From the IMG/VR virus record IMGVR_UViG_3300042542_003631, positions 5,221-69,220 of that record: a stretch of DNA of 64,000 nt; one strand, given 5' to 3'. Shown here piece after piece: positions 35,964 to 47,000 of the stretch. The notes under the pieces were generated by a model. It saw nothing but the letters and a program-made list of their open reading frames with translations, was not told where the DNA came from and made no database searches. The position numbers and the translations under genes were made by a program. Each line of letters opens with the position of its first letter. The stretch's first letter is position 1. Source of the stretch: a virus.

Positions 35964-36452
35964 ATGCTCATCCCCGAGAAAACCCGAGACGTCATCAGGA
36001 AGCTCTTCGAGAGCGGCCAGTCATTCCCGGACATTGCCGAGGCCACCGGTGTTCCCGTCGTCGAGGTCAAAGCCCTGAAGAAGGAGGGCAAGTGGACCCG
36101 TCAACCCAAGCAGCAGCTTGCCCGGGCCGAAGCGCAGGTGGCCGATGACGAGGCTGCCGCCGCGGACATACTCGCCGCTGCTGACGAAGCCCTGCAGACC
36201 AACCCCGGCAAGCGCCACTCCGCCATGGTGTTCAAGCGGGTCCACGCCGCCCTCGCCGCCATCAAGACCCTGCCCCCGTTGAAGACCTGGAAGGACATTG
36301 AGATGGCGGACAAGATCGCCCGGCGCGCCGCAGGCCTTGACCGTGAGGGCGCAGGCGGAGGCACCGTCATCAACCTCGGCATCATCTCCGGCAGCTACAA
36401 GCCCAAGCTCGCCCCAGGCAAAAAGGTGATTGACGTCGCTGTGGACAAGTAG
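35964..36452 (+). CDS. Probable terminase small subunit
   Basis: N-terminal HTH ending in KW, helical core, C-terminal TVINLG strand. Confidence 0.55.
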   Translation: MLIPEKTRDVIRKLFESGQSFPDIAEATGVPVVEVKALKKEGKWTRQPKQQLARAEAQVADDEAAAADILAAADEALQTNPGKRHSAMVFKRVHAALAAIKTLPPLKTWKDIEMADKIARRAAGLDREGAGGGTVINLGIISGSYKPKLAPGKKVIDVAVDK

Positions 36453-36465
36453 TAGCTCGGTGGCC

Positions 36466-36948
36466 ATGACTGACATCAACATTGACGCTCCCTATGAGGA
36501 GTTCGTCGCCCAACTTGCAAGCCGCCAGTGGAGCGAGGACGCCCTCGAAATTGCGCGCCTCGGGCTCAACCAGCGCATCGTCGCCATCACCGCGCAGATT
36601 GCGTGCCCTGAGCGTGCCGACAACACCGGGTGGCTGACCTCCTCCATCACCGCCCGCAAGTATTTCCAGCGCAAGCTCAACGCTATCTCTGGAGCCCTGC
36701 TCACCCTGAGGACTTCGACCCCGCCCACCCCGGCCAAGAAACCTGCCGGAGGCCACGGCTTCCTGCTCACGTTCGTCCACAAGGGCGAGCACTTCGTGAT
36801 CGCCACCCGCCGCAACCCGGCTGAGGTGTGGGCTGACATGCTGGCCGAGGAGGATCTGTCCTCCCCGCCCGCGCTGGTCGCCTTCCTGAGCCTCACGGAA
36901 GACGCCGCGAAGCAGATCCCCCCGGTGCTCTGGGCTGACGACCTATGA
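36466..36948 (+). CDS. Hypothetical protein
   Basis: Last + strand ORF of the block. Confidence 0.6.
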   Translation: MTDINIDAPYEEFVAQLASRQWSEDALEIARLGLNQRIVAITAQIACPERADNTGWLTSSITARKYFQRKLNAISGALLTLRTSTPPTPAKKPAGGHGFLLTFVHKGEHFVIATRRNPAEVWADMLAEEDLSSPPALVAFLSLTEDAAKQIPPVLWADDL

Positions 36949-37078
36949 GGATGCAGCTCTGGCAAGGCTCATTCTTCCTGCTGGCCAGCTACACTTTCGG
37001 GGTCGGGTATGGAGTGGCTGCGTTCGTGGCCCTGTGGGTGGTGCAGGTCGCGATCGAGTGTGCTGACTGACGCCGGCG

Positions 37079-37420
37079 TCATTTCTTGACGGGGCGGACC
37101 CTGGCACCCATGCCCACGCGGGACTTCTCACGCAGCTTGCCAGCAAGCTCTGACCGGGACATCTCCTTGCGGGTCTTGGGCGTCTCCGCCGACACACGCT
37201 TGGTCGGGCGGCAATACTCATTATCACCCCCAGCCCCACACGGTTTGCCGGTGCGCTGGTCCACCCACTTTTCCCGCTCCCAGCGTTTCAGCGACTCGCC
37301 CTTCGCCCCTTTGCGCACAGCGCCGCTTTCCTTGCGGCACTTGGCAATAGCTTGGCTGGCCCTCGCGGATGGGAAGATGTCATAGGCGGCCTTGGCGCGG
37401 TAGTAGCACTTGTCTTTCAT
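37079..37420 (-). CDS. Small basic phage protein (DUF5872-like)
   Basis: PSARAS...LKRWEREKWVD..TGKPCG...YCRP. Confidence 0.6.
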   Translation of the reverse strand: MKDKCYYRAKAAYDIFPSARASQAIAKCRKESGAVRKGAKGESLKRWEREKWVDQRTGKPCGAGGDNEYCRPTKRVSAETPKTRKEMSRSELAGKLREKSRVGMGARVRPVKK

Positions 37421-37425
37421 GGTCG

Positions 37426-38016
37426 TCAGAGGTTGCGTTCCTTCGTCACCCAGCACCACTCAGGGTAGTAGGCGGTGTCCTCCTTGTAGGACTCCAGGGG
37501 CAGCTGAACCTTGAGGTTCAGGCGGCACCCGCACTGCGCACAGTTGTGGAGGCGATCGGCCGCGTCCGGGCGGCGCCCGGCCGGGAGCACGCCATCCATG
37601 GCGATGATCTCCCCGAGCCGCTCATCGCAGGAGGCGCATCCCCCGGCCCTGACATTGCGCGGGCAGGTGGCGCACGCCTCGGCGCGGGAGTTGACAACCT
37701 CCATCGTGACCAGGTTGGCCCCGCCGAGAATCCAGTTCTTGGCCGTGGTGAAGAAGCGGCCGAGCGTCTCGAAGGTCACGCCCATCACAGGGGTGGAGGT
37801 CGTGCTCTCGCAGTAGGGAGGCTTCAATCCCATCTGCTCGCATACCGCACACTCGATCTGTTCATCCGTCATGGAGTCCCGCCCATTGCTGGACAGGAAT
37901 CCCTTGACGGCGACGATCAGTTTGCGGGAACTAAAATTGGCGATGTAGCTGCCCGTGACCGGGTCGCGCCAGCGCCACTTTCCGTTGGGGGTGGGTGCGT
38001 GGTGGTTGATTTTCAT
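37426..38016 (-). CDS. Cys-rich hypothetical protein
   Basis: CATCP, CASC, CAQCGC, CW. Confidence 0.7.
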   Translation of the reverse strand: MKINHHAPTPNGKWRWRDPVTGSYIANFSSRKLIVAVKGFLSSNGRDSMTDEQIECAVCEQMGLKPPYCESTTSTPVMGVTFETLGRFFTTAKNWILGGANLVTMEVVNSRAEACATCPRNVRAGGCASCDERLGEIIAMDGVLPAGRRPDAADRLHNCAQCGCRLNLKVQLPLESYKEDTAYYPEWCWVTKERNL

Positions 38017-41000
38017 TTCGCTTGCCAGTGGGGGACGATCTCACGGTTGAAGATGCGCGCCTGGATGACCTCCTTCGCATAGTTGCGGGCGGCGGTGCAT
38101 TGCTCATTGAGCATTTCCTGCGCGGCCTTGCGGCCTGCCTGGCCTTCCGCTGCGAGGTCGGTCAGTTCCTTGATGAACTCAGGAGTCATGCGATCACGCA
38201 TCTGCTCGCCGAACATCTTGATGGCGTCAACCTCGACCTCCGGCTCGAAGGAGTTTAGCAGCCCGCCCTCGGTGTCAATCTCGTCAGAGCCGTCCTCGTA
38301 GGTGTCGAAGCTCATCTGGCTGCCCTTGGGAGGAGACAGGAACAGACCGGCGCTGACCAGCGGGGTGATGATCGGGTCCACGGTCGGCCCCGCCGTGGTG
38401 GGCAGGATGCGCTTGGTGGCGGGAGCATACCAGAAGTTGGTCACTGGGGTGCCCATGGTGTTGACCATGTCCTGCTGGCCAAGCTCCGCGCCGTAGATCT
38501 CGTTGGCGGGCAGCATGCTGAGGGCAGCTGCGGCGAACCCACGGGAGTCCTTGAGCGTGTATTCCCCGCCGCCGGCGAGACCACGACCCATGGAGGTCAC
38601 ATCTCGCAGCAGGCGAGGGTTGGTCGCGCCGCCGATGAAGTTGGTCAGCAGCTTGCCCATGTTCCTGGCGGTCATAGCCTCGGCAAGGTCGTTGTCGCTC
38701 AGGAGTTCCCCGGCCTGCGCGAGGCCCTGCAGGGAGTTCTTGACGGTCACGGCCTTGATGAAGGCGATCGAGGCGTCAGCCAGATACTCCAGCTCCTTGA
38801 TCTTCTTGGGGTCCTTGAAGCTGTTGACCATGCGCATGTCCGTGATGGACGCGAGGCCGCCGAGCAGCAGGTTGAACCCCGGGATGTCCTTCCAGGAGAG
38901 ATAGAGGTCGCCGATCTTGACGGTGTAGGGAGACCAGTTCGGCTGACGGTAGCGCAGCTGGCGGTTGCGCTCAGCGTCCGGGTAGCCTTTGCCGTAGACC
39001 ATGAACCAGGGCACGCGGCCCTCGTCCTCGTCGTCCATCCCAGCCCAGTAGGCGGCACCGATGGCAAGCTGCGCGACGGTAGCCACAAGGCCCTGCGACA
39101 TCAGCTTCCCATATTTCAGGGAGCCAAACTCCACCCGCTCACGCTGGTAGCGGCTGTCTTCACCCAGCAGCCAGCGGGAGGGGCTCATGTTATGTGCCCG
39201 CGCAAAGGAGAGGAGCGGGAAGCTCATGGCGAGGGAGAAGTCCAGCAGGTTGCCCATGGCTCGCGGGAACGAGACGATGATGGAGGACAGGCCCTTGGTC
39301 TTGCGCTCGATCGAGCCGAACACGCTGTCAAAGATCATGCCAGCGACGCCGGTCGGGGTGGTGCCCAGGTTGGCAAAGCGGGCCGACTCGCGGCTCGCCT
39401 CCATGAAGTCTTCCTTGTCCTTGGCCTCCATGCGGGAGGTGAGCTCCGCATAGGCCTCCGCACGCCGCTGCTCCAGCAGTTGGTAGCGGCGCGACTCCAT
39501 GGCGAGATCAGGGCGCGGGCTGTTGCGGAACTGGTCACGCTCCGCGTCCAGGATCGCGTTGATCTCGCGGCTCTGCAGCTCGTCCGGGGAGAAGGACTTG
39601 CGCATGACCTCCTTGATCTTCTGGCGGTCGGCACCGCTCTTGGTCAGGGCATACTGCAGCGCCAGACGTTGACGAGCCAGGGAGGCTGGCACGGACACGG
39701 TGGCGTCAACCACGGCGCCGATGCGGCCGAGCAGCTTGTAGAAGGTGGCCGAGCTCATCAGTTGCTTGATGACCGGGATGTCCAGCGTGGGGATGTCCCG
39801 TTCGAGCACCAGCATGTTCTCAGACTGCTCCGAGGCGAAGCGGGTGCGCCCCGTCAGGGCGGCTCGCTTGATCTCCGTCCAGACCTCCTTGCGACCGAGA
39901 GGGTCGGCGATCCACCCCACGGCGCGCATCAGCGTCAGGAGGTTGCTGGCAGCCAGCGCCGGTTCCCCGGCCTTGACCGCGTAGGCGGAGGCGTTGAACC
40001 CGAGATCCATGATGGACTGGATGGTGCCGAAGCCAAAGTTGACCTCGGAGGTGCCAAAGCCGCTGAGCACTCCGGCCTTCCACATGGCGACCGGGACTCC
40101 GGCAAGGTATTCCCAGAGCATGCTGCGATCCTTGACGAGTGCCTTGGCACCGTAGGCATCCAGCAGGCTGCGGTAGGTCTCGTTGGCGATGCGGGCATTG
40201 AGGTCACGGATGGCGTCGTTGCGCTGCACGGAACCGACCGGCATGGCCGAGATGCGCTCAGCCTCGCGGTCAAGCTCTGCGGCGACCGCCGGGTCGTAGG
40301 TCGGCAGGCCGAACTCGGTGGCCATGGCGTTGTAGAACTCATCCTTGCGCAGGCCGCCGATGCGGGCGAGGCGGAGGAACCGCTCGCTCCGGGAGTAGCG
40401 CTCTGCACCCCCGCGACCCTCATACATGGAGCGGCGCTGCGCGTAGTTCGTCAGCGTCTTCTGGATGCGGCGGTTGGCCTCGGCTTCGTAGGCGGTCTTG
40501 AACGCCTCAGCCACCTTGCGTGACTGCTCGGCGTCGAGGCCGGCGGCGTTGGAGATCATCGTGGCGAGGTGTGTGACGCTGGCCCGCTGGTCAGACAGGG
40601 AGAGGTAGACCTGCTCCCGCATGTCGAAGGACCTGCGGACGATGTCCGTGGCCATCTGCATCGGGACAATGTCAAGCTGCATGGCTGCGATCGCTGCCTT
40701 GGCTGCCGCATACTGCTTCAGGGCTTCGGGGGTGGAGCCCTTCTTCGCTTCGAGGTGGGCGAGGAGCTTGGCCTTGCTCTGGTTGAAGGCGCGCTCCACG
40801 CTCGGGGCGTAGTCGAATGAGGCGACCATCTTGCGAATGGCGCTGTCGAGCGCTGCACGGTCGGCGGCTTCCTGCTGCGCGGGGGTAAGGGCTGGGTTCG
40901 GCGGGGCGACTTCAGCCAGCGCTGCGTTGACGCGCATGGCGATGAGGCGCTTCACCTCGTTGGAGTATTCCTCGAAGAAGGTCTGCTCGGGCTCACCGGC

Positions 41001-44000
41001 TGCGCCAGCGACCCGCTTGACCTGCGCCTGAACAGTCCCTTCCACCATGCTGAAGATGCGGTTGGCGACCCAGTCAGCCATCCTGGCCGGGATCGGCACG
41101 CCGGTGCCACGGTCACGGAGGTCCTGCAGGAGCTTGACCGGCATGGTCTCCATGAAGTCGAACATCATCTGGACCTCGGCGGGGCTGCCACCGGCGGCCC
41201 TGGTCATGGCCTCCACGATCTTCTTGGTCAGGGGCGACTTCTTGACAACGCCGGCGGCCACATCGTCAGCCTCCTTCTGGAGGTCGGAGAACACGTCGTC
41301 AAGGTCCTTGGGCAGGCTCTTCTCCGCACTTTTGGTGGCGGCGTCACGGTAGACGGCCGTCGCGACGCGGGGGTTGAGGACCTCGCGGGCGATGTTCGCA
41401 GCGTTGAGCATCGTGCCGGAGGTGGACGCGACGTCCTGCACATCGCGGCCAATCCTCTTGGCCACGTCTTCGTAGTCGGCAAGCATGCGGAGCCCGCCGG
41501 GGGTGGGCGCTTTGACCATGGCTTCCTGCAGGGCGAAGATGCGCCCGTTGACCGCCTGCAGCAGCACCACCTTGGCAAGGAACCGCTGGGGGTCGGTCAG
41601 GGCTAGGCGACCTTTGTCAAGGGCATACGCGAGATTAGAGAACTCCGCTGCGCCTGTGGCTCCTGCGATCGACCGGCCGAGGAGCCTGTCAATGATTTCC
41701 AGGTCAGCCTTGGCGACACCGCTGAAGTAGGTGCTCTCCTGCAGGTAGTCCTGCACACGGGCAGGCATGGCAGGCAGTGAGTTCTTCAGGGCTTCCGTGC
41801 TCTTGCGCTCGCCGGTGACTTTGCCAGGTCGGAACAGCGGCGCCGGGGCGAACCGAATGTCGGGCGACGCGGGCTGGAACCGCTTGGAGGGAGGGATGAC
41901 GTTGCCGGACTCGTCGCGGGTAATGGGGTCGGCCAGCTTGAGCTGAGCCGGATCGAGCAAAGCCACGACTGGCACAGCCGGAGGAGTCTCGACCCGCTTG
42001 GACTCATAGAACCTCACCGCTGAGTAACCTGCTCGCGCAATCGCGTCCCTCAGCTTCCCTTCATCTGCCGCAAAAGCCCGGAATAGCGGCTCTCCGCCAC
42101 CCAACTGAGCCACCGGAACATCTCCCTCAGTAACATCTACCCCGGATTTTTGCAGAGCACTCGCGATGTCTTGGCGGCTCATTCGGAAGATAGACTCTTC
42201 TCCGAGAGCCGTCAGATCGAGAGTGTTGCCTTCTTTGACGAAGAAGTCCGTCACGGCCCCATACGAAGCTGCATAGTTTCGGTTTTCAGTCAGCCAGATA
42301 TAAGGGCGTCGTGCATCAGCAACAGTGAATGAGCCTCCTCCGCGAGAGTAGGACTTGTCGTAGCCAGCGGCCTTCGCGGCCGCGTCAACCATGCGCTGCA
42401 ACTCCTCGCGGTTCTTCTCAGGGTCCTTGGCCAGTTCAAGGTATCGAGTGTCCTGCTCAGAGAGCGGCGACGGGGCGAAGTAGGTGCCAGTGCCGAGCTT
42501 GGACTCGTAGGCCGCGATCTCGTCGGCGGCTGCGTCAAGTTCGTCCTGCTCGTCAAGGAAGGCGTCAACCTCGTCAGCCATGGCGGCTCCTTCCTCCCCA
42601 TACTGGATGACCCGTTCCTGCTGGGACAGCTCCTCCTCGGTGAGGAGCCCGGCACCTTTGAGCACCTTCATGCTCTGGAACACACCCACCCCGCCGAACG
42701 CCTTGCTGGAGGGCTTGACGACCACATGGGGGTAGGAGGCGATGTCAAAGATCCGGGCGAGGCTCTTCTCCATCACGGAGTCGACCTCCAGGTCGGGGAA
42801 CACGATCCGGTAGATGTGGGAGAGCACGCGCTTGATGAAGCTGACAGGCCCCTTGGCCCCGGGGACCTGGGCGCCGACGGAGGCAGGGACTTTGGACAGC
42901 CACTCCACAAAGCGCGGATTGGACATCACGCCGGCGGCGAACTCGTCAAGATCGCTCAGCTGGTAGGCGAACTCTTCCGATCCTTTCTGAGCCTTGACGG
43001 CTTGGCGCAAGGCGCTCAGTTCCCTGATCGCAGCCTCCACCTTCGGCGGCTGGCTGACGCCCTGCTCGTGCCGGAAGATCGCGAGGGTAGTCACCGCATG
43101 GGTGGCCTCGTGGACCAGCGCTTCGACGACCCACGTCTTGGACCACAGGGTGGCCTTCTTGTCGTGGGCAAACTCGTTGGAAATCTCAGGCAGGTTCAGC
43201 GCGATCGTGTGCGTGGCTGCCTCGTAGAATCCAGCCGGGCGAGCCCCGCTGCTGTCGGTCTTGCCGCCGACAAAGAACAGGAGGTTGGACAGCTTCTTGA
43301 TGTCCGGGTTCTTGCTCAGCTCCTTGGCGATGGCCCGGGTGGCTGGGTTGACGCCAGGCAGGTCAGCGATGCGTGCGAGCGCGACGGCCACAGAGCTGCC
43401 GTCACCCTCCGCGAGCCCGAGGGTGTCCTTGACGAAGCCTTCGAGTTCGGTTGACGAGAGCTGCGTGGTCTCCGGCGTTTCCCCGTCAAGCACCTGGCGG
43501 CGCATATCCTCGCGGATACGGGCGACCCGCTGCGCGTCGGCGAGGACTTCGTCAATCGTCTTGCCCTGGAGATTGGCAACCACCTGGGCCGCCTCATGCT
43601 TGGACGGCTTGGGAGCCGGGGCTGCCGGGGCGGGGGCGGCGGCCGGGGTGACAGCCTGGAGGAACTCGTCAATGTTGAGGATCGCCCGGGTGGCGTTCAC
43701 ATCGCCGTAGGCGCGCCACCAGGTTGCGAACTGCCGGGCGGTCGCCTTCAGGAAAGCGGCCGTGCGGGCAAAGGTGCCTGGGGAGGCGGCGATCATGTCG
43801 AGCACGTCCTCCGAGGTGTAGCCGGTCTCGGACACCTGACGCATCATGCGGTAGTAGTCCGCGCCGAGCTGGATCATGTCGGCGGTGACGTCCTGTGAAT
43901 AACCGCTGCGGCCGGTCTGGAAGTAGTCCATGAACCCAGGGTCGCCGGGGTTGAGCCCATAGACTCGCTTGATGATCCGGCGGCGCTGGTCGTCCGAAAG

Positions 44001-47000
44001 GTCGCGGGCGGTGGCCAGCAGCTCGCCGTTGCTGAACCTCTGGAGGATCGCAAGGGTTGACGCCTCCCGGTCAAGCAGGGCGTTGAGGTAGGCGGTGGTC
44101 TCGGCGGTGCTGTAGCCGCGGGCGCGGAGGCGCCCCACGAGCTCAGTCATCGCACCCCGGTTCATATAGATGGTGGTGTCCGTGCGGTCGTTGCGCACAT
44201 AGAGCGGCTGCTCCGGCACGCCTGGACCAGCGTCCACCATGGCGACCTCGCGGCCGGTCTTCGTGCGGGCGGCGCGGAGGAACGGACCGAAGTCGAGTGG
44301 CTCCTTGGCGCCGCTCTCGGTCACGGTCTCGACATAGGGCTCGGCGAATGGGACCTCTTCCTCGGCGGGCTCGGCCACCGGGACCTCTTCCTCGGCGGGC
44401 TCGGCCACCGGGACCTCTTCCTCGGCGGGAGCGGCCGGCTTCGCAGCCTTCAGCGTCCGCTTCCTCTTGCGAACCTTGGGGGTGCGCTTGACGCGGCTCG
44501 TGCCCTGGGGCTCCGTTGCCGGGGCGCTGCCGAGGGCAGCATCGTCCGGCAGCAGCGCAGCATCGAGTCCAGCCACTTCCTCAGGGTCAGCAGCCGGGGA
44601 GTCATCGCCGGTGAGGCGTGCCTCCACCGTGTCGGTAGTGTCGGGGGAGTCGGCCAGTTCCACCGCCTCGTTGGCGGCCTGCTGGTGGTTGACTTCCTCG
44701 GCGCTGGCGGTGCGGCTTTTCGGGAAAGCGATTTCGGGGTTGTGGAGCACCGCCTTGATGGAGTCGAGGAACCGCTTGCCGGGGCAAGGGCTCTTCGTCA
44801 TCAGATCGCCGGCGGTCATCAGCCCGGCGTGCAGGCCGGAGCCAAAGCTCATCGGCTTGCCAGTCAGGAGCTCGCCCAGAGCCAGCCAGAAGCGGCCCCA
44901 TGCGGACTTGAGCTTCGGAGCTTTGACGACACCCGTCTCGTAGGACTGGAGCATGCTCGCGAACTCGGGGGAGGTCAGCATCGCCTGCATGAAGGAAGGG
45001 GTGTCCTTCAGGGCATCAGTGAATCGGGGCTGCAGACCTTCAGGGCGGAGCTTCGCTTCCATGGCAACCGCTTCCAGGCGAAGCTCTTCGAGCTTGGCGA
45101 GGGCGGCTTGCTGGGTGGCGGTCAGCGGGGTGCCCGGGGCGGTGAGGCTGGTCACTGCGTGAGTGACCAAGCCGCGCAGCAGGGCTTCAGGGGCTCGGGG
45201 CGTGCCGTCAAGGGTAGGCGTCATGGCAGCCACGTTGAGCACCAAGTTGCCTTCGACCACGCTGACGTCGGCGGAGAGCGCCGGGTCTTCGATGATCTGC
45301 ACATTGTCGATGCCGTCCAGCAGGGAGGGCTTGCCGTGGAAGACGCGGGCCAGTGACTTGAAGTAGTCGCTGGCGGCGGAGGCTTTGAGGCTCATCCGCT
45401 TCAGCGCATCGTAGAGGCTGACGCGGTCGGCGCCGTCCACCAGGCCGATCGCGGCGAGCTCGCTCCTGAACATGGAGCGTTCCTCCGCCGTGTTGACCGG
45501 CTCGGGGACAATCGCCTTGGTCGGGACCACACCGGCCTTGACCGCCTTGGTCGGCGCGGGAGAAGTCATGTCCCGGCGCTTGGCCACTCCCCTGGCTTCC
45601 GCAGCCTTGAGATCCGCGTCAACCTTGGCTTTGGCGACAGAGAGCACAGCCGCCGGAGGCGGGGCGACCTTGCTGCGGATCGCCGCGTAGGCGCGGGTGA
45701 CGCCCTCAAGGGAGTCGGCGGCGTCGCGCAGGTTGATGTCTGACAGCTGGCGGGACTCGTTCAGGGAGGAGAGCTCCGCGTTGAGCTTGGCGAGCTCCCT
45801 GCGGTTGGCCTCCTGCGTCTTCTTGTCCAGGTTGGGGTCCTTGCTCTGCGCCCTGAGTTCATCAATGCGCCCGCGGACCACACGCTGGCGTGCCTCGATG
45901 CGGTCCATCTCGGCCTTGATGCGGGCGACGAGGGCCTTGCCGCTCTCGACGCTGGTCTGCAGTTCCGCGACCCGCTCCTGAACCCGTCGCTCAGAGGCGG
46001 CGCTAGGGGGAGCGGCACGCCCCACAACTTCCGTGGTCCGGGCGGTCGATTGCAACACGCGGCGGAGCCAGGCCCTGGCCTCCGCATGGGTGAGGTGCGT
46101 GTATCCGGCGTTGGCCGCGATGTTCTTGACGGCCTGGTCGATGATGCGGCCGGCCGTAGAGGTGTCGCCCGTGTGGACCACGGTGAACACCTCCACGAGG
46201 TTCTTCTTGCGGATGTCCTCTTCCGAGAACATCGGCGCCCCGATCGGAGTCTTGGCGCTCCGCATGACCGCACGTCCGAGAGTCGTCATCTCCAGAAAGA
46301 AACGGGCGACATCGGGGACGCTGGCAAGGTGCTTGGCCAGGTCGTTGCTGCCAGGAGGCACCACGCCGTTGAGGACGCCGTCAAGCGCCGTGCGCTCATC
46401 CTGAGACAGGGGAGGGCCGTGCTCGAAGAGCAGGTTGCCATCAGGCCCGACCTTGAACTGGAGCCCCTGCTCAGCGGCTTCCAGAGCCCGGCGGGCCTGC
46501 AGCGGGTTGGCTCGGAGCAGCCCCAGCGAGACCGGGTCGGGGTTGCCATCATTCATCTCCTGCAGGGTGTCCTTGAGCTCGCTGACTTCATCCCCCGTGA
46601 GCGGGGTGACCGAAGCCTCATCCGTGCTGATCTGCTCGGCGAGGGCTTCGGCGTCAATCGAGGCCGCCTCCGCAGCCAGGCCGGCTGTCAGCTGGTCAGC
46701 AGTTGACAGCTCCTCGTCAATGCTGCCGGTAATCAGGGCGCGGTGGGTCCGGGCGGCGTCGTTAAACTTCCTCAGGACGTTTTTGTAGACCAGAGTCACG
46801 AAGTTCGGCAACTTGGGCAGCAGGGTTGCAGGGTCGGCATCCGGGTTGGCCAGGAGCGCCTTGCGAACCTTGACCAGCGCCTCGTTGTTGACCGCGTTCT
46901 CCATGGTCTCGACCAGGTCGCTGTCAGCCAGCCGGGGGAACTGCTCCTCCAGCGTCCTGCGCACGACGGCCTGGACATACGTCATGCCGGAAGCGGGGTC

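Noticed and set aside
44340-44430. 30-bp triple repeat (EEEVPVAEPA)
   Set aside because: Ordinary in-frame linker expansion
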